From UHGV virus genome UHGV-0195737: a DNA stretch of 58,116 nucleotides; one strand, written 5' to 3'. The notes under the pieces are model-generated. The model made no database searches. It was not told where the DNA came from and was given only the letters and a program-made list of their open reading frames with translations. This stretch comes from a virus. Positions 10,201-18,593 of the stretch are shown in pieces (position 1 is the first letter of the stretch; the number at the start of each line of letters is the position of its first letter). The position numbers were made by a program, and so were the translations under genes.

Positions 10201-11243
10201 GCAATGTTGTCCAGTAAGTCGCGGGCGCTCATTTGCTCCGTAATGTATGCATTAAGCGTCACGCGCGGCTCAAGGCCGCCATAACCATCGTCAACCAACT
10301 GATCGCAGTATTGGGAAAGCGTGTATAATGCGCCGTCGTCAACGTCAATATAACCAGCATGGCGGGCAAGGCCAAAACGCTCGTTTTTAACCAGATACCG
10401 GAAGATCCACGCTGGGTTATTGGTGTACACCTGTTTCATCCCGCCCAGCCATAAACCGGAATAAGTGCGCGTTTCCGGATCGTAGTTATCCGGTACATCA
10501 ACAATCAGGCCACGCATGTGATAAGTGCGTGTCGGCGTGTCGGTATACTGGTCATGATCAATCACCGCGCCCGCTACAGCGGTGTGAGGATAAGACAAGT
10601 TATCGTCGATAATTTCACTGTAGCTATTCCAGCGGGTATCATTCTGCAATAGATCGCCCGTGCTGTCAGGTGTTATGCGGCGAACGCGAATATCGAACGG
10701 TTTTTCGTCCGGCGCATCAATGATGTGTGATTCCAGATATTCACCGCTAATCTTACCCGGACCGATTTGCACGGCCTTAATCGCCGACCAGATTGATGAT
10801 GATGATGGTTTTACATCAATCGCCATAAAAACTGATGTTTCATGCTGGTTTGATTCGCTGTCACTTTCCACCAGTGAATCCACGCCAATATTCAACCGGA
10901 CGCGCGTCACGTTCGGATCTGATACCGTCCTTACCAGTGGCGTGTCATATTTCACCTGCGCGTTAACCATTACCGTAGATTCAATGGCGTTGAAGCCGTT
11001 GATCGGTGACTGGTCGGCAGTACCCGGACGCCAGGCGACGCTAACGCCTGGGATACTGGTATTACCCACGGCATCCGTAACAGGTGTGTCATTAAGCATT
11101 ACGCAGTTTAACGGGGCAGCGGTATTGACCGGACCGTAAATCGGCCCTTCACTCAATATATCCAGAACCCGGTAAAATTGCTTATGAAATAAATTGTCGT
11201 TTATTAATGTTGGTGTTTTTGCTTTACCACCGCCGCCGCCCAT
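7266..11243 (-). CDS. J: Host specificity / tail tip protein J-like
   Basis: N-terminus matches lambda J as recalled (DxxSEGPIxGPV, NDTPV); long central coiled-coil repeat region; position after I. Confidence 0.8.
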   Translation of the reverse strand: MGGGGGKAKTPTLINDNLFHKQFYRVLDILSEGPIYGPVNTAAPLNCVMLNDTPVTDAVGNTSIPGVSVAWRPGTADQSPINGFNAIESTVMVNAQVKYDTPLVRTVSDPNVTRVRLNIGVDSLVESDSESNQHETSVFMAIDVKPSSSSIWSAIKAVQIGPGKISGEYLESHIIDAPDEKPFDIRVRRITPDSTGDLLQNDTRWNSYSEIIDDNLSYPHTAVAGAVIDHDQYTDTPTRTYHMRGLIVDVPDNYDPETRTYSGLWLGGMKQVYTNNPAWIFRYLVKNERFGLARHAGYIDVDDGALYTLSQYCDQLVDDGYGGLEPRVTLNAYITEQMSARDLLDNIAGMFRGIALWDGQTLTVMLDAPQDPIATITNANVVDGAFTRSSIARAECYNAVIVSWTDPENGWEQSKEYVADDELIARDGYNETTLEAFGCTSRGQAYRAGKWLIETAKREPSKFTFKMARDAIHFTPGDIIEILDNNRAGARLGGRIVANNGNVITVDKVDSEYITAGDTISLLDSDGKFKKHQITGVNGNEITLAAAPAWIRNGTVFAVSTEAAKPVLCRITSVAETENNSVYTIEAAQHDPNKQAVVDEGAIFEVNSDTLNHFRVPNIENLKVINIGSETVQCRATWETQTTTRALTFEIRIYDTDGRVVASYETQNYRYDFFGLECGNYSLGIRGRNDTGMKGAETLVDLIVGAPAAPTGVNWVPGVFQATVYPISNSTLTTDTTYEFYYAGENQITDFSLVTTSAQFSGRGYQWTFGGMATGHTYYVYVRTKNAFGVSDFIEASGKPSENFEEITDAVLNEVMEGEQFQDMIKETIDEVTGGLMGDVEELKQTTVDIDQAVTDLKESTADLEERVKNNEDGIGEHESQINEISVELTEQENELIQTRASLQNAAIALMNNSLANTSTRTTLTAQYKNQKAETKAEIERIDTVIATEKEATAQALTTLESKVNDEISANVTELQQTIATLESSTSQSIEKLESQVNEDIQASITEINQTITDLESSTSESISNLEAKVDGDISSAISNMEQALATHEKANATQFNSLQSQIDENEAAITETNQTIATNEQATAQKLEQLQAQIDDDVAAAITEMQSALATHEQANATQFAEISASLEANEASITEWSEAFTTYKESTATQIESITASIEGQSVSIEENKTAIAGLETDMSATWSVKIAADNNGMKYFSGISLGLTGSGTSTQSQCIFLADRFVLMTAANGTYTTPFYVTNGAMYVREAFIKDASITNAKIGSYIQSNNYVSGSTGWKLDKSGTFENYGSVSGEGAMKWTNTTISVRDGNSVLRVQIGRITGSW

Positions 11244-11255
11244 AATAACCCCCTA

Positions 11256-11786
11256 TTAACTTACAACGTCTAAGGCGTCTTTATTGTTGGTTGTATCAAT
11301 ACCCAACGATCCAACGTTCGACCCGATTTTCATTTCGCCAAGTAAAATTGGTACGGGTCGGCCTTGCCCTACTCTGTTTTCTACACTGGTGTAACTGTTG
11401 TTTGTAATGCTGTTATCCTGCGCACTTTCTGCTGATGTTTTCACTTTCATGTTTCGGGCCATAAAAATTGAAAACGCAATACTCGCAACGGAAAGGCCAA
11501 TTAACAGCCAGCCAACCACCCCAATCCCTGCAATACCACCTTCTACCACTGGCGCAACAATAATTGTTGTTCCGTCGGGATATTCATTATTAACGGCGGC
11601 TGGCGCGGTTTTCGCGTCGTAATCCTTTCCGGCAATCCGTAACCGTAATGGCGTACTTAAAAACGCCCGTTTAAATTCCTGATTCTGCGCGGTCAATAAG
11701 CGAAGCCCCTGCGCAGGTGTATTGACGTTTAAACACACCTTGCTGAAATATCTTCGAAGATTGCCCGTAAATCTAAATTTGAGCAT
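11256..11786 (-). CDS. I: Tail assembly protein I
   Basis: 176 aa, hydrophobic glycine-rich centre, overlaps K 3' end as in lambda; position between K and J. Confidence 0.55.
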   Translation of the reverse strand: MLKFRFTGNLRRYFSKVCLNVNTPAQGLRLLTAQNQEFKRAFLSTPLRLRIAGKDYDAKTAPAAVNNEYPDGTTIIVAPVVEGGIAGIGVVGWLLIGLSVASIAFSIFMARNMKVKTSAESAQDNSITNNSYTSVENRVGQGRPVPILLGEMKIGSNVGSLGIDTTNNKDALDVVS

Positions 11787-12460
11787 TTATCAGATCTCCA
11801 TATTGAATGCGTTTGTCGAACATATGCGGGCCGCATTTGCTCGCGGCGGCTCAATAGTCCGGCATGGTCATGATGCAAAACCGTGTTATCACCCAGGTAA
11901 ACCATCGCGTGACATGGGTCCGCGCCTTTAAATGGTTGCCTGATAATCACATCACCCGGCTGGATGTTTTGCGCGTCAACCTGGAAAAACCCGTTTAGCG
12001 GCAAGTTTTTTAAATACAGGTTTTCACCGCGCAACCACCAGCCATCAAGGCGCTCGAAGTCCGGTAGATCCACACCACAAAGGTGATAGGCATCCCGGAA
12101 AAGCGTGTAACAATCCGTTACGCCGTGCACAAACTTACGGCCTAACAGGTGCGCCACCGGGCGAAATCTTTTAATCCTGCCGCCGGAACACAAAAACCAG
12201 GGTAGCCCGGAAATAACTTGCTGTTGTCGATCCCGTGCCGACAATACCGGAATATCATCAACGTGGGAGTGGAAAACGGCGGTTATAACGCCCAATTCGT
12301 CCGCTTTGATGTAATCGTCCGGCGAAATCTTAAAGCTGTTGTACGGCGTTTCAGACACGTTAGCGCACGAAAAAAAATATTCATCATCTATCACCAGTCC
12401 GCATACTTCCTCAAGCGGGTGTGCGGCGGCATAACGCAACATTTTGTCTTCCATCGCCAT
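11729..12460 (-). CDS. K: Tail assembly protein K (MPN/JAMM plus NlpC/P60-like)
   Basis: HSHV JAMM-like motif and DCYTL cysteine motif; position between L and I. Confidence 0.7.
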   Translation of the reverse strand: MAMEDKMLRYAAAHPLEEVCGLVIDDEYFFSCANVSETPYNSFKISPDDYIKADELGVITAVFHSHVDDIPVLSARDRQQQVISGLPWFLCSGGRIKRFRPVAHLLGRKFVHGVTDCYTLFRDAYHLCGVDLPDFERLDGWWLRGENLYLKNLPLNGFFQVDAQNIQPGDVIIRQPFKGADPCHAMVYLGDNTVLHHDHAGLLSRREQMRPAYVRQTHSIWRSDKCSNLDLRAIFEDISARCV

Positions 12461-12462
12461 GA

Positions 12463-13167
12463 TTAACCTACCTTACTGGACCCCGGAAAACAGGAGATTG
12501 GCAGTGCCGCCGGGCGCGGGAAACGTAAACGGCAACCGCTCAAGCGGTGGCTGCACCGATCTAATGTTGGATCATTAGTCGGAACGTCTTTGTCTGTTGC
12601 AACTGGCCCGCCAGCGTAACCACATCCATCACCTTTGTATTGCCACTGGCAAACGTCCGCAAGAATGGTGCGGCCAGGGATAATGGCTTTATCTTCATCA
12701 ATTGGCGTTGCCAGTTCATATTGCACCTGGTCGGCGGTTTCTTCGCTCATAGCTTCAATGACGTAAACCGATACCGCTTCAATAGATGGATCTGCATCGG
12801 GATTGCCATTAGGGAAGTTAATGGCATCCAGATATTTTACCTCCACCTGGCGGCGCGTTACCTTCATCCCCCGAAGGTCGTTGTAATCGGTGTTCATTCC
12901 GGTAATAAGCCCTTCAATGTTGGCTACAGCCATTTGGGGCCGTGAATAAACACCCTCGTTTTTCATTTCGAAGCCTGTCGCCTCGATCGGGTAGCTGTTG
13001 TAAGCTACGCCCTTCCAGATAACCGGGCCGTAATAGCCGTTCGCGCCGGAATGGAAGCGGATAACCTCGCCTCCCAGGGGCGTAAGGTCCAGTTCGAACA
13101 AGTCAATGATTGCGCCGACTCCCGCATCGACGGAATCAATAATCATCTCTGTAGGTATATTGCGCAT
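12463..13167 (-). CDS. L: Minor tail protein L
   Basis: Matches lambda L as recalled (IDLTxxGGE, GDxCGYxG, RCSxxLSGCxxR); start set at ATG with SD instead of track TTG. Confidence 0.75.
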   Translation of the reverse strand: MRNIPTEMIIDSVDAGVGAIIDLFELDLTPLGGEVIRFHSGANGYYGPVIWKGVAYNSYPIEATGFEMKNEGVYSRPQMAVANIEGLITGMNTDYNDLRGMKVTRRQVEVKYLDAINFPNGNPDADPSIEAVSVYVIEAMSEETADQVQYELATPIDEDKAIIPGRTILADVCQWQYKGDGCGYAGGPVATDKDVPTNDPTLDRCSHRLSGCRLRFPRPAALPISCFPGSSKVG

Positions 13168-13299
13168 TTTCTCACCTTTCGATTTTGTGATCTGCGTCAC
13201 GCTAAATCGCGCCAAAATGGATTGATCGCGATTTTTACAATATGTATATTTTACTCAAACGAAGGGGAAGTTAACAAAACGGCATAAAAGGGGTACGGG

Positions 13300-13467
13300 A
13301 TGAACGATAAGCTATGGCGGCTAACCTTGTTTATGAGTAGCGGGCGTGATGTTGAGGCTGAATTCGATAATCCCAGCGACGCATTGGAAACAGCTCTCGA
13401 CCTGTCAGAAAAAGATGATCGCGTCCTGGGCTACCGGATTAAACCGATTAAAAACGGGGATCAGTAG
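13300..13467 (+). CDS. Hypothetical small protein (moron cassette b)
   Basis: 55-aa ORF, not in ORF track; SD AAAGGGG; first gene of plus-strand cassette. Confidence 0.4.
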   Translation: MNDKLWRLTLFMSSGRDVEAEFDNPSDALETALDLSEKDDRVLGYRIKPIKNGDQ

Positions 13468-13468
13468 G

Positions 13469-13819
13469 ATGCAAAAATATAAGCTCGAAGTGTTTACGGA
13501 TCGGTGCAATTGGGAATGTATAGGTTTATATGACACAGACGTTAAAGCACATACGGAAGGGCGAGAACTGCTGCGATGTTGGTCTAATGCCCGCGACTAT
13601 GTGGTCACTCCAGTACAAATAGCGGAAAAGGTGGAAGATATGAAATACGATATTGATAACAATGCTTGTTTTAAAGAAAACCTTGCGGATTCTATGGATC
13701 AATCTTGCCCGGAAATACACGCGCACGGTTTCCCGGCAGACGACCCGAAAGCAAAACAGGAATACGAAAAAGCGGCAAAAGATTTCTGCATCGATAACCT
13801 GGGCGCTTTCAATAAATAA
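13469..13819 (+). CDS. Hypothetical protein (moron cassette b)
   Basis: 116 aa from internal ATG of track ORF 13346-13819; coupled to upstream ORF. Confidence 0.5.
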   Translation: MQKYKLEVFTDRCNWECIGLYDTDVKAHTEGRELLRCWSNARDYVVTPVQIAEKVEDMKYDIDNNACFKENLADSMDQSCPEIHAHGFPADDPKAKQEYEKAAKDFCIDNLGAFNK

Positions 13820-13828
13820 GGTGGCAGT

Positions 13829-14077
13829 ATGGCGCGGCGTAATCACGGAGACTATGTATACACGTTGAAACAAGCCGCCCGCCTTATCGGTTATCATGAG
13901 CACGAATTTATTGATTTGCTGATTGAGCGCGGGATTTTGTACCAGGTCTGTTTAACGCTGTACCCGAAAGCGAAATATTTGCAGGAAAAGTTATTCATCA
14001 TCATGACGGATGAAAACCAGGTTAATCATTCATTCGTCACTGACAAGGGCGTTAATTATCTGCGTGATAACCTGTAG
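13829..14077 (+). CDS. Putative small DNA-binding protein (excisionase/HTH_17-like)
   Basis: 82 aa; YTLKQAARLIGYHEHEFIDLLIERGIL resembles Xis/AlpA-type HTH. Confidence 0.4.
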   Translation: MARRNHGDYVYTLKQAARLIGYHEHEFIDLLIERGILYQVCLTLYPKAKYLQEKLFIIMTDENQVNHSFVTDKGVNYLRDNL

Positions 14078-14085
14078 GACCGCAT

Positions 14086-14289
14086 ATGTTAAAGTACGAC
14101 GGGCAAGAAACAGTCAGGTTTACTGGTTTTACTAAGGGGAACAATAAGGAGCTAACAGAATATTTTAGCTTAGATATTGGCGATGTTTACCGAGTAGAAA
14201 AATACTTACCCTCAATTAATTCTTTCATAATCATTAACAAAGAAAATCAAGGGGTGCTTGTTACATTCAACGAAGTGGAGTTGCCTTAA
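14086..14289 (+). CDS. Hypothetical protein (moron cassette b)
   Basis: 67-aa ORF in operon-like spacing. Confidence 0.4.
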   Translation: MLKYDGQETVRFTGFTKGNNKELTEYFSLDIGDVYRVEKYLPSINSFIIINKENQGVLVTFNEVELP

Positions 14290-14370
14290 ATGAATAGAGT
14301 GGACGAAGTAATTGAAAATGTTCTGGTAGTGGCTGGCGCAATCGCCATTGTTTATGCCTTTCTGAATTAA
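14290..14370 (+). CDS. Putative hydrophobic microprotein (26 aa)
   Basis: ATG overlaps upstream stop (TAAATG); single predicted TM helix. Confidence 0.25.
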   Translation: MNRVDEVIENVLVVAGAIAIVYAFLN

Positions 14371-14381
14371 CGGAGTGAATC

Positions 14382-14519
14382 ATGAAAATCGAAGTTTTAG
14401 CACTAATAGCAATGGGATTGATAGTATTTGGCGTACACGCTGCGGATTTGGACTGGTGCGCAATAGCTGAGAATATGGCACACGCTCACCCAATGGGATT
14501 GATGCACATGAACTTCTAA
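14382..14519 (+). CDS. Putative secreted peptide (45 aa)
   Basis: SD GGAG; N-terminal signal peptide ending VHA-AD; His-rich C-terminus. Confidence 0.35.
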   Translation: MKIEVLALIAMGLIVFGVHAADLDWCAIAENMAHAHPMGLMHMNF

Positions 14520-14528
14520 CACGAAAAA

Positions 14529-14557
14529 CCCCGCTCCGGCGGGGTGTTATTTTATTT
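14529..14557 (+). terminator. Rho-independent terminator of cassette b
   Basis: CCCCGC-TCCG-GCGGGG stem-loop followed by TGTTATTTTATTT. Confidence 0.6.
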
Positions 14558-14639
14558 GTCGTTCCGGCTATCGATTTCGTAAAAAATAGCCATACCTACC
14601 GCGATAATGAATACCATTACTAAACCATCAATCAGCATA

Positions 14640-14825
14640 TTAAACGCCCTCAATCAGAAATAAATACTCCTTCCCTTCGTATGATCTGCATCCCACATAC
14701 CCGTCGCCGTAGTCATGCAGATACCAGGTGTCGCCCTTGTCACTCACTACCGTGAGGTTATCGATCTGATAGTCTTCGAATAGCGTAAATGATTCATCGC
14801 CCGTCTTAACGCACATCCCGTACAT
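14640..14825 (-). CDS. Hypothetical small protein
   Basis: 61-aa ORF immediately downstream of M. Confidence 0.35.
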   Translation of the reverse strand: MYGMCVKTGDESFTLFEDYQIDNLTVVSDKGDTWYLHDYGDGYVGCRSYEGKEYLFLIEGV

Positions 14826-14834
14826 GTTGCCCCC

Positions 14835-15188
14835 TTAATTGATAACTTGTTCAAATGTCGCGGTTAGCGTGTATACAGGGCCGTCTTTCGTCATGTTCCA
14901 TTTTCGGCAGACAAAAAGCCTTTGCTCCCCATCCATTGATGGTGTCCAGTAAAACGCCTCGACCGCGCCGCGCGCCCGTAAAAACGCCTCTGCCTGGACC
15001 GCTGGATTGCCAGCGTCACCACATCCGGCGCTCGAACCTTTAAAAACCACGCTGTAGTCGTCGAGCAAGGGATTAATCCCCTTAACCTGGCGTTGCTCAT
15101 AACCATCACCCAGCTTGACGACCGATACGTTTGGCTCCCTGGTTACGCTGTAGCTTCGCTGCGGCGTCCAGGTAAACACTTCCGGCAT
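14835..15188 (-). CDS. M: Minor tail protein M
   Basis: Matches lambda M as recalled (GDGYxQR, YSV, C-terminal FEQVIN); SD GGGGGAAG. Confidence 0.8.
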   Translation of the reverse strand: MPEVFTWTPQRSYSVTREPNVSVVKLGDGYEQRQVKGINPLLDDYSVVFKGSSAGCGDAGNPAVQAEAFLRARGAVEAFYWTPSMDGEQRLFVCRKWNMTKDGPVYTLTATFEQVIN

Positions 15189-15216
15189 ACTTCCCCCTAT
15201 AAGTTACATTTTGTGT

Positions 15217-15245
15217 ACATCTTTACGCGTTGCTACGCGAAAAAT
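15217..15245. repeat. 29-bp conserved hairpin element, copy 1
   Basis: ACATCTTTACGCGTTGCTACGCGAAAAAT; 28/29 identical to 27307-27335; upstream of M. Confidence 0.5.
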
Positions 15246-15356
15246 GAGATATTCATCACAAGAATTATAACCAGTTTACAAAATGGCTTCACACAGGACG
15301 CAACAAGATGTATATAGAAAGCAAGAAGAAAGCAGTACCAACAAAGGAGGCCCAAG

Positions 15357-15524
15357 ATGAAAGGCAACGATAAACACTACGCAGTCGTAATGCTTAACGA
15401 CGCATTCGAACAAGTAGAAGTAGCGATTGTTAAAGGCTTCGATGATGCGTTCAAAATGGGCCAGTTCTACATGAACGTGAAAGCAAACGAATATCGGGAT
15501 TTCTACCTGAAAGCGGTCAACTAA
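15357..15524 (+). CDS. Hypothetical small protein (moron cassette c)
   Basis: 55-aa ORF with strong SD AAGGAGG; not in ORF track. Confidence 0.45.
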   Translation: MKGNDKHYAVVMLNDAFEQVEVAIVKGFDDAFKMGQFYMNVKANEYRDFYLKAVN

Positions 15525-15542
15525 GGATGATGGGGGTGGGCT

Positions 15543-15797
15543 ATGAAACTGGTAGCGATTGATAAAAACCTGAAAGCACAGAAAAACGCACAGGACCGGA
15601 TCATCAAAAAAGGTAAGGCTTTATTAAACGCTTTCCTGAGAAAAGAAGCCTACCCCAAAAAATTACGCGATGGATACGGCTACAAAATGGATATTAACCC
15701 CGACTGGCGGCTTTACAGTCAGGACTTAAAGGTTTGGTTAATTGTTGAACACCACAAATACAATGAATTATGCGGCGTGCGCGGTTGCCATAAGTGA
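15543..15797 (+). CDS. Hypothetical basic protein (moron cassette c)
   Basis: 84 aa, Lys-rich, C-terminal HHKYNELCGVRGCHK; SD GGGGGTGGG. Confidence 0.45.
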   Translation: MKLVAIDKNLKAQKNAQDRIIKKGKALLNAFLRKEAYPKKLRDGYGYKMDINPDWRLYSQDLKVWLIVEHHKYNELCGVRGCHK

Positions 15798-15805
15798 GGT
15801 GGGAT

Positions 15806-15898
15806 ATGGAAGATGATAAATTTACATGGCGGGAGATCTGGAATATTTGGCAGGTGATTTTCGGAAGGGGATATGTCGCGCGGAATGGTCGATTATAG
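15806..15898 (+). CDS. Putative microprotein (30 aa)
   Basis: SD GAGGTGGG then ATG; Trp-rich. Confidence 0.25.
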   Translation: MEDDKFTWREIWNIWQVIFGRGYVARNGRL

Positions 15899-15904
15899 GG
15901 GTAA

Positions 15905-16087
15905 ATGATGATTATTAATGAAACGGAAGAATGTAGGCGAATCACTCTTAGCATTGAGTATGACGAAAGATTATGGCTTGAAAGCGACTGCGAACTTATC
16001 GTAATAGACAAAAAGCAAGCCGCCGAACTAATAAAAGCATTACAGCTTTATGTAAACAACGAATTTAAAAACGACGAAGTTGAATAA
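15905..16087 (+). CDS. Hypothetical acidic protein (moron cassette c)
   Basis: 60-aa ORF, AT-rich codon usage unlike flanking tail genes. Confidence 0.4.
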   Translation: MMIINETEECRRITLSIEYDERLWLESDCELIVIDKKQAAELIKALQLYVNNEFKNDEVE

Positions 16088-16094
16088 AAGATAA

Positions 16095-16125
16095 CCCCGG
16101 CATTGTACCGGGGTTTTGTTTATTT
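16095..16125 (+). terminator. Bidirectional rho-independent terminator (cassette c / H)
   Basis: CCCCGG-CATTGTA-CCGGGG followed by TTTTGTTTATTT; T-rich on the other strand as well. Confidence 0.6.
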
Positions 16126-18462
16126 GCGGCGTGGTTGCAATATGCCGCCAGGACGCGTGCTTTGTTCTCTGACTACACTCATAGCTACGCGCTTCATTGT
16201 GTCTTCAAGTCTGCGGCTATCATCATCACTAAAACCGTTTGTCGTTTGAACTGTGATACTGACAGGCATGTTGATGCCACCGCTGCCGCCCAGGTCGCGG
16301 CCTGGTGTAACACGCCCACCTTCACCGGGGATCATGTACTGTTTCCCGCCAGTGGTAGTAAACAGTTCTGGTATACCGTGCTCACCAACCCTGTAAAGAT
16401 TGCCACCGTTAACCGCGCCGCCGTTGTAGCGCCCGCCGCCGAAAATCGACGTCGCCAGTGACATGATCGCGGATAGTGCCGCCGCGCCAGCCGCCGCCCA
16501 GCTACCGCCAGTTGACGCCGCTGTCGCCGCTGCCGCCGGGGCCGCTGCCGCTGCAATCTGACCTTGCGCCGCTACCGCGCCAGCCGTGGTGCTGGCTTGC
16601 GTTGCCTTACTCTGACTTTCCATCATGATTTGATCGGCTATCCAGTTCCCGGCAATGTCGGCAAGCCTGTTACCCACCGTACCGAGTATATTGCTTCCCA
16701 GGTTAGCAAACATCTCACTGAGGGATTGCGTACCGTTCAATAATCCGGTGATAGCGTTGCTCATGCCGCCTTTTAAGCCGCTGACGCAATCGCCTATTAG
16801 GGCGTTAGTATCGCTTTGCGCCTGCCATTGTTCCCACTTCAGGTTGGCGATGGTTTGCTCATGCTGGAGTTGTTCAGCCCGGATTTGTGCCTCTGAGGCG
16901 TTCAGATCTAACAACATTTGCTTACGGATGGCCCATTCATTTTGCGCCTGCTGAATGGGATCTACTTGCCCTTTGAGTTTATCCATAGGATTAATCATGT
17001 TATCCCATTTATCTTGCAAGGCTTCGGCTTCAAGTCCAGCCAGCGTGCGATCCCTTTCTTCTCTTATGCCCTTCATAGCGCCTTTGTATTCAAGGAGCGT
17101 GATTTTGCCCTGGGCGAAGGCAGCATCAATGGCCATGCCGCTCTTTAATGCTTTGCGCATGGCGGCGGCGTCTTTGTTGTACTGGTCGGAAACACTGATA
17201 CCCTGATCGCCTAAGCGGTCATAGTCTGATTTTTTCGCTTTCTTCTGTTTTTTCGGCTTGCCAACTGGTTTGTCAAATCCGGTGATACTGCCATCATTAT
17301 TTGAGGCTTGTTCTTCCTTCTGCGCTTCTTCTGTGCGTTTAAGCATTCCTTGATGGTCTTCCCATGCTAACATCGCCCAACCTAAGCGTTTACCGTATTT
17401 CTTGAACGGATCGCTGTTATATTCATCCTTGCTTTTTCCGACCAATTCCTTCGCCCACTTATAAGCATCCATCATTGCCTTAATTGGCGTCACCATTTCG
17501 ATGATCTTGTCGGCAACCTCCTTAGCCTTAACCGCAACATCATCAAACATGTCGATAAACTCACCTCCAGCGCGCTTCAATGTATTAAAGCAGTTAGCTG
17601 CAAAACTCACTTTTTCGCCCAGCCATCGTCCACCAGTGGCAGTATTATCCAGGATAGTGACCACTCTGTCTGACACGCCTAATAGATCATCGAGTTTTTC
17701 AACCAGTCCCATGACTTCGATTTTTAGCGAATTGAACGCAACGCCGGACGTGCGCGGGAGTTGTTCAAATTGCTCGTTTGTTTCTTTCGTTGCCGCCTGG
17801 ATAGCGTTGACCATTCTTTCAGCGGTGATCTTACCTTCCAGCATTTCGGCGCGGAACTGGCCCATTGATAACCCCATTTGTTTTGCCATTGTTTGTACGA
17901 TGGTTGGGGTGTTTTCCAGTAAACTGTTAAATTCTTCCGCACGCAGTACGCCGCCGTCAACCGCCTGCCGGAATTGGCGCATGGAGTTAGACATTTGTTC
18001 GGCTGATGCCCCGCCTAACGCCCCCATTTTTTGAAGCGTGCCTACCAGATTAAGGATCTGCCCTTCGGTGGCAGATGTATTTTTTAATGAGATGGCTAAA
18101 CCTTGCCATAGGTCGGTTGTATCTTTAATACTTTGCCCGGTCTGGTGAGCGATAGATTTAAGGCCATCAAAAACCCGGTTTGCGCTTTCTGCGTCACCTG
18201 TCAGCATTTTGATTTTTATGCGTAGCTGTTTTGCCTGCTCTGCCATGTCAATAAACTGGCGCACGGCCTCCGCTGCGACTAACAGGTGGATAACCCTGGT
18301 CAGTGCTTTGATTGATGTTTTCAGTGTATTAACCTGGCGGTCAGCACGTTTTGCGCCGCGCTCGATACTGTCGAATGTCTGATCGGCCTGTCGCTGTACG
18401 ACAAGGAGTTGCCCTGTTTTGGCGTCGATCTCGTAATAAATTGTACCTAAACTGGTAGCCAT
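16120..18462 (-). CDS. H: Tail tape measure protein
   Basis: 780 aa, long alpha-helical protein with Ala/Gly-rich C-terminal segment; sits between chaperone and M. Confidence 0.85.
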   Translation of the reverse strand: MATSLGTIYYEIDAKTGQLLVVQRQADQTFDSIERGAKRADRQVNTLKTSIKALTRVIHLLVAAEAVRQFIDMAEQAKQLRIKIKMLTGDAESANRVFDGLKSIAHQTGQSIKDTTDLWQGLAISLKNTSATEGQILNLVGTLQKMGALGGASAEQMSNSMRQFRQAVDGGVLRAEEFNSLLENTPTIVQTMAKQMGLSMGQFRAEMLEGKITAERMVNAIQAATKETNEQFEQLPRTSGVAFNSLKIEVMGLVEKLDDLLGVSDRVVTILDNTATGGRWLGEKVSFAANCFNTLKRAGGEFIDMFDDVAVKAKEVADKIIEMVTPIKAMMDAYKWAKELVGKSKDEYNSDPFKKYGKRLGWAMLAWEDHQGMLKRTEEAQKEEQASNNDGSITGFDKPVGKPKKQKKAKKSDYDRLGDQGISVSDQYNKDAAAMRKALKSGMAIDAAFAQGKITLLEYKGAMKGIREERDRTLAGLEAEALQDKWDNMINPMDKLKGQVDPIQQAQNEWAIRKQMLLDLNASEAQIRAEQLQHEQTIANLKWEQWQAQSDTNALIGDCVSGLKGGMSNAITGLLNGTQSLSEMFANLGSNILGTVGNRLADIAGNWIADQIMMESQSKATQASTTAGAVAAQGQIAAAAAPAAAATAASTGGSWAAAGAAALSAIMSLATSIFGGGRYNGGAVNGGNLYRVGEHGIPELFTTTGGKQYMIPGEGGRVTPGRDLGGSGGINMPVSITVQTTNGFSDDDSRRLEDTMKRVAMSVVREQSTRPGGILQPRRK

Positions 18463-18500
18463 GATTTAACCTCATACAAAATGTGATCTGTGCCTCTATT

Positions 18501-18542
18501 TTATACAAAATGGCTTTACTTTACCGACTCCATTTTGTATAA
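18501..18542. promoter_or_regulatory. Perfect 13-bp inverted repeat (putative regulator binding site)
   Basis: TTATACAAAATGG-N16-CCATTTTGTATAA upstream of plus-strand cassette d. Confidence 0.4.
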
Positions 18543-18593
18543 GGAAGTCAAAGGAAAAGATAGTTAAACAAAACAATTAAGTGGGGGTGTTTT

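Noticed and set aside
1932-11243. The fibre gene and the J-like gene are both exactly 3978 nt
   Set aside because: Their protein sequences are unrelated, so this is a coincidence, not a duplication.
16135-18034. Several plus-strand ORFs inside the tape measure gene
   Set aside because: Overlapped by the continuous 780-aa minus-strand frame; no independent support.
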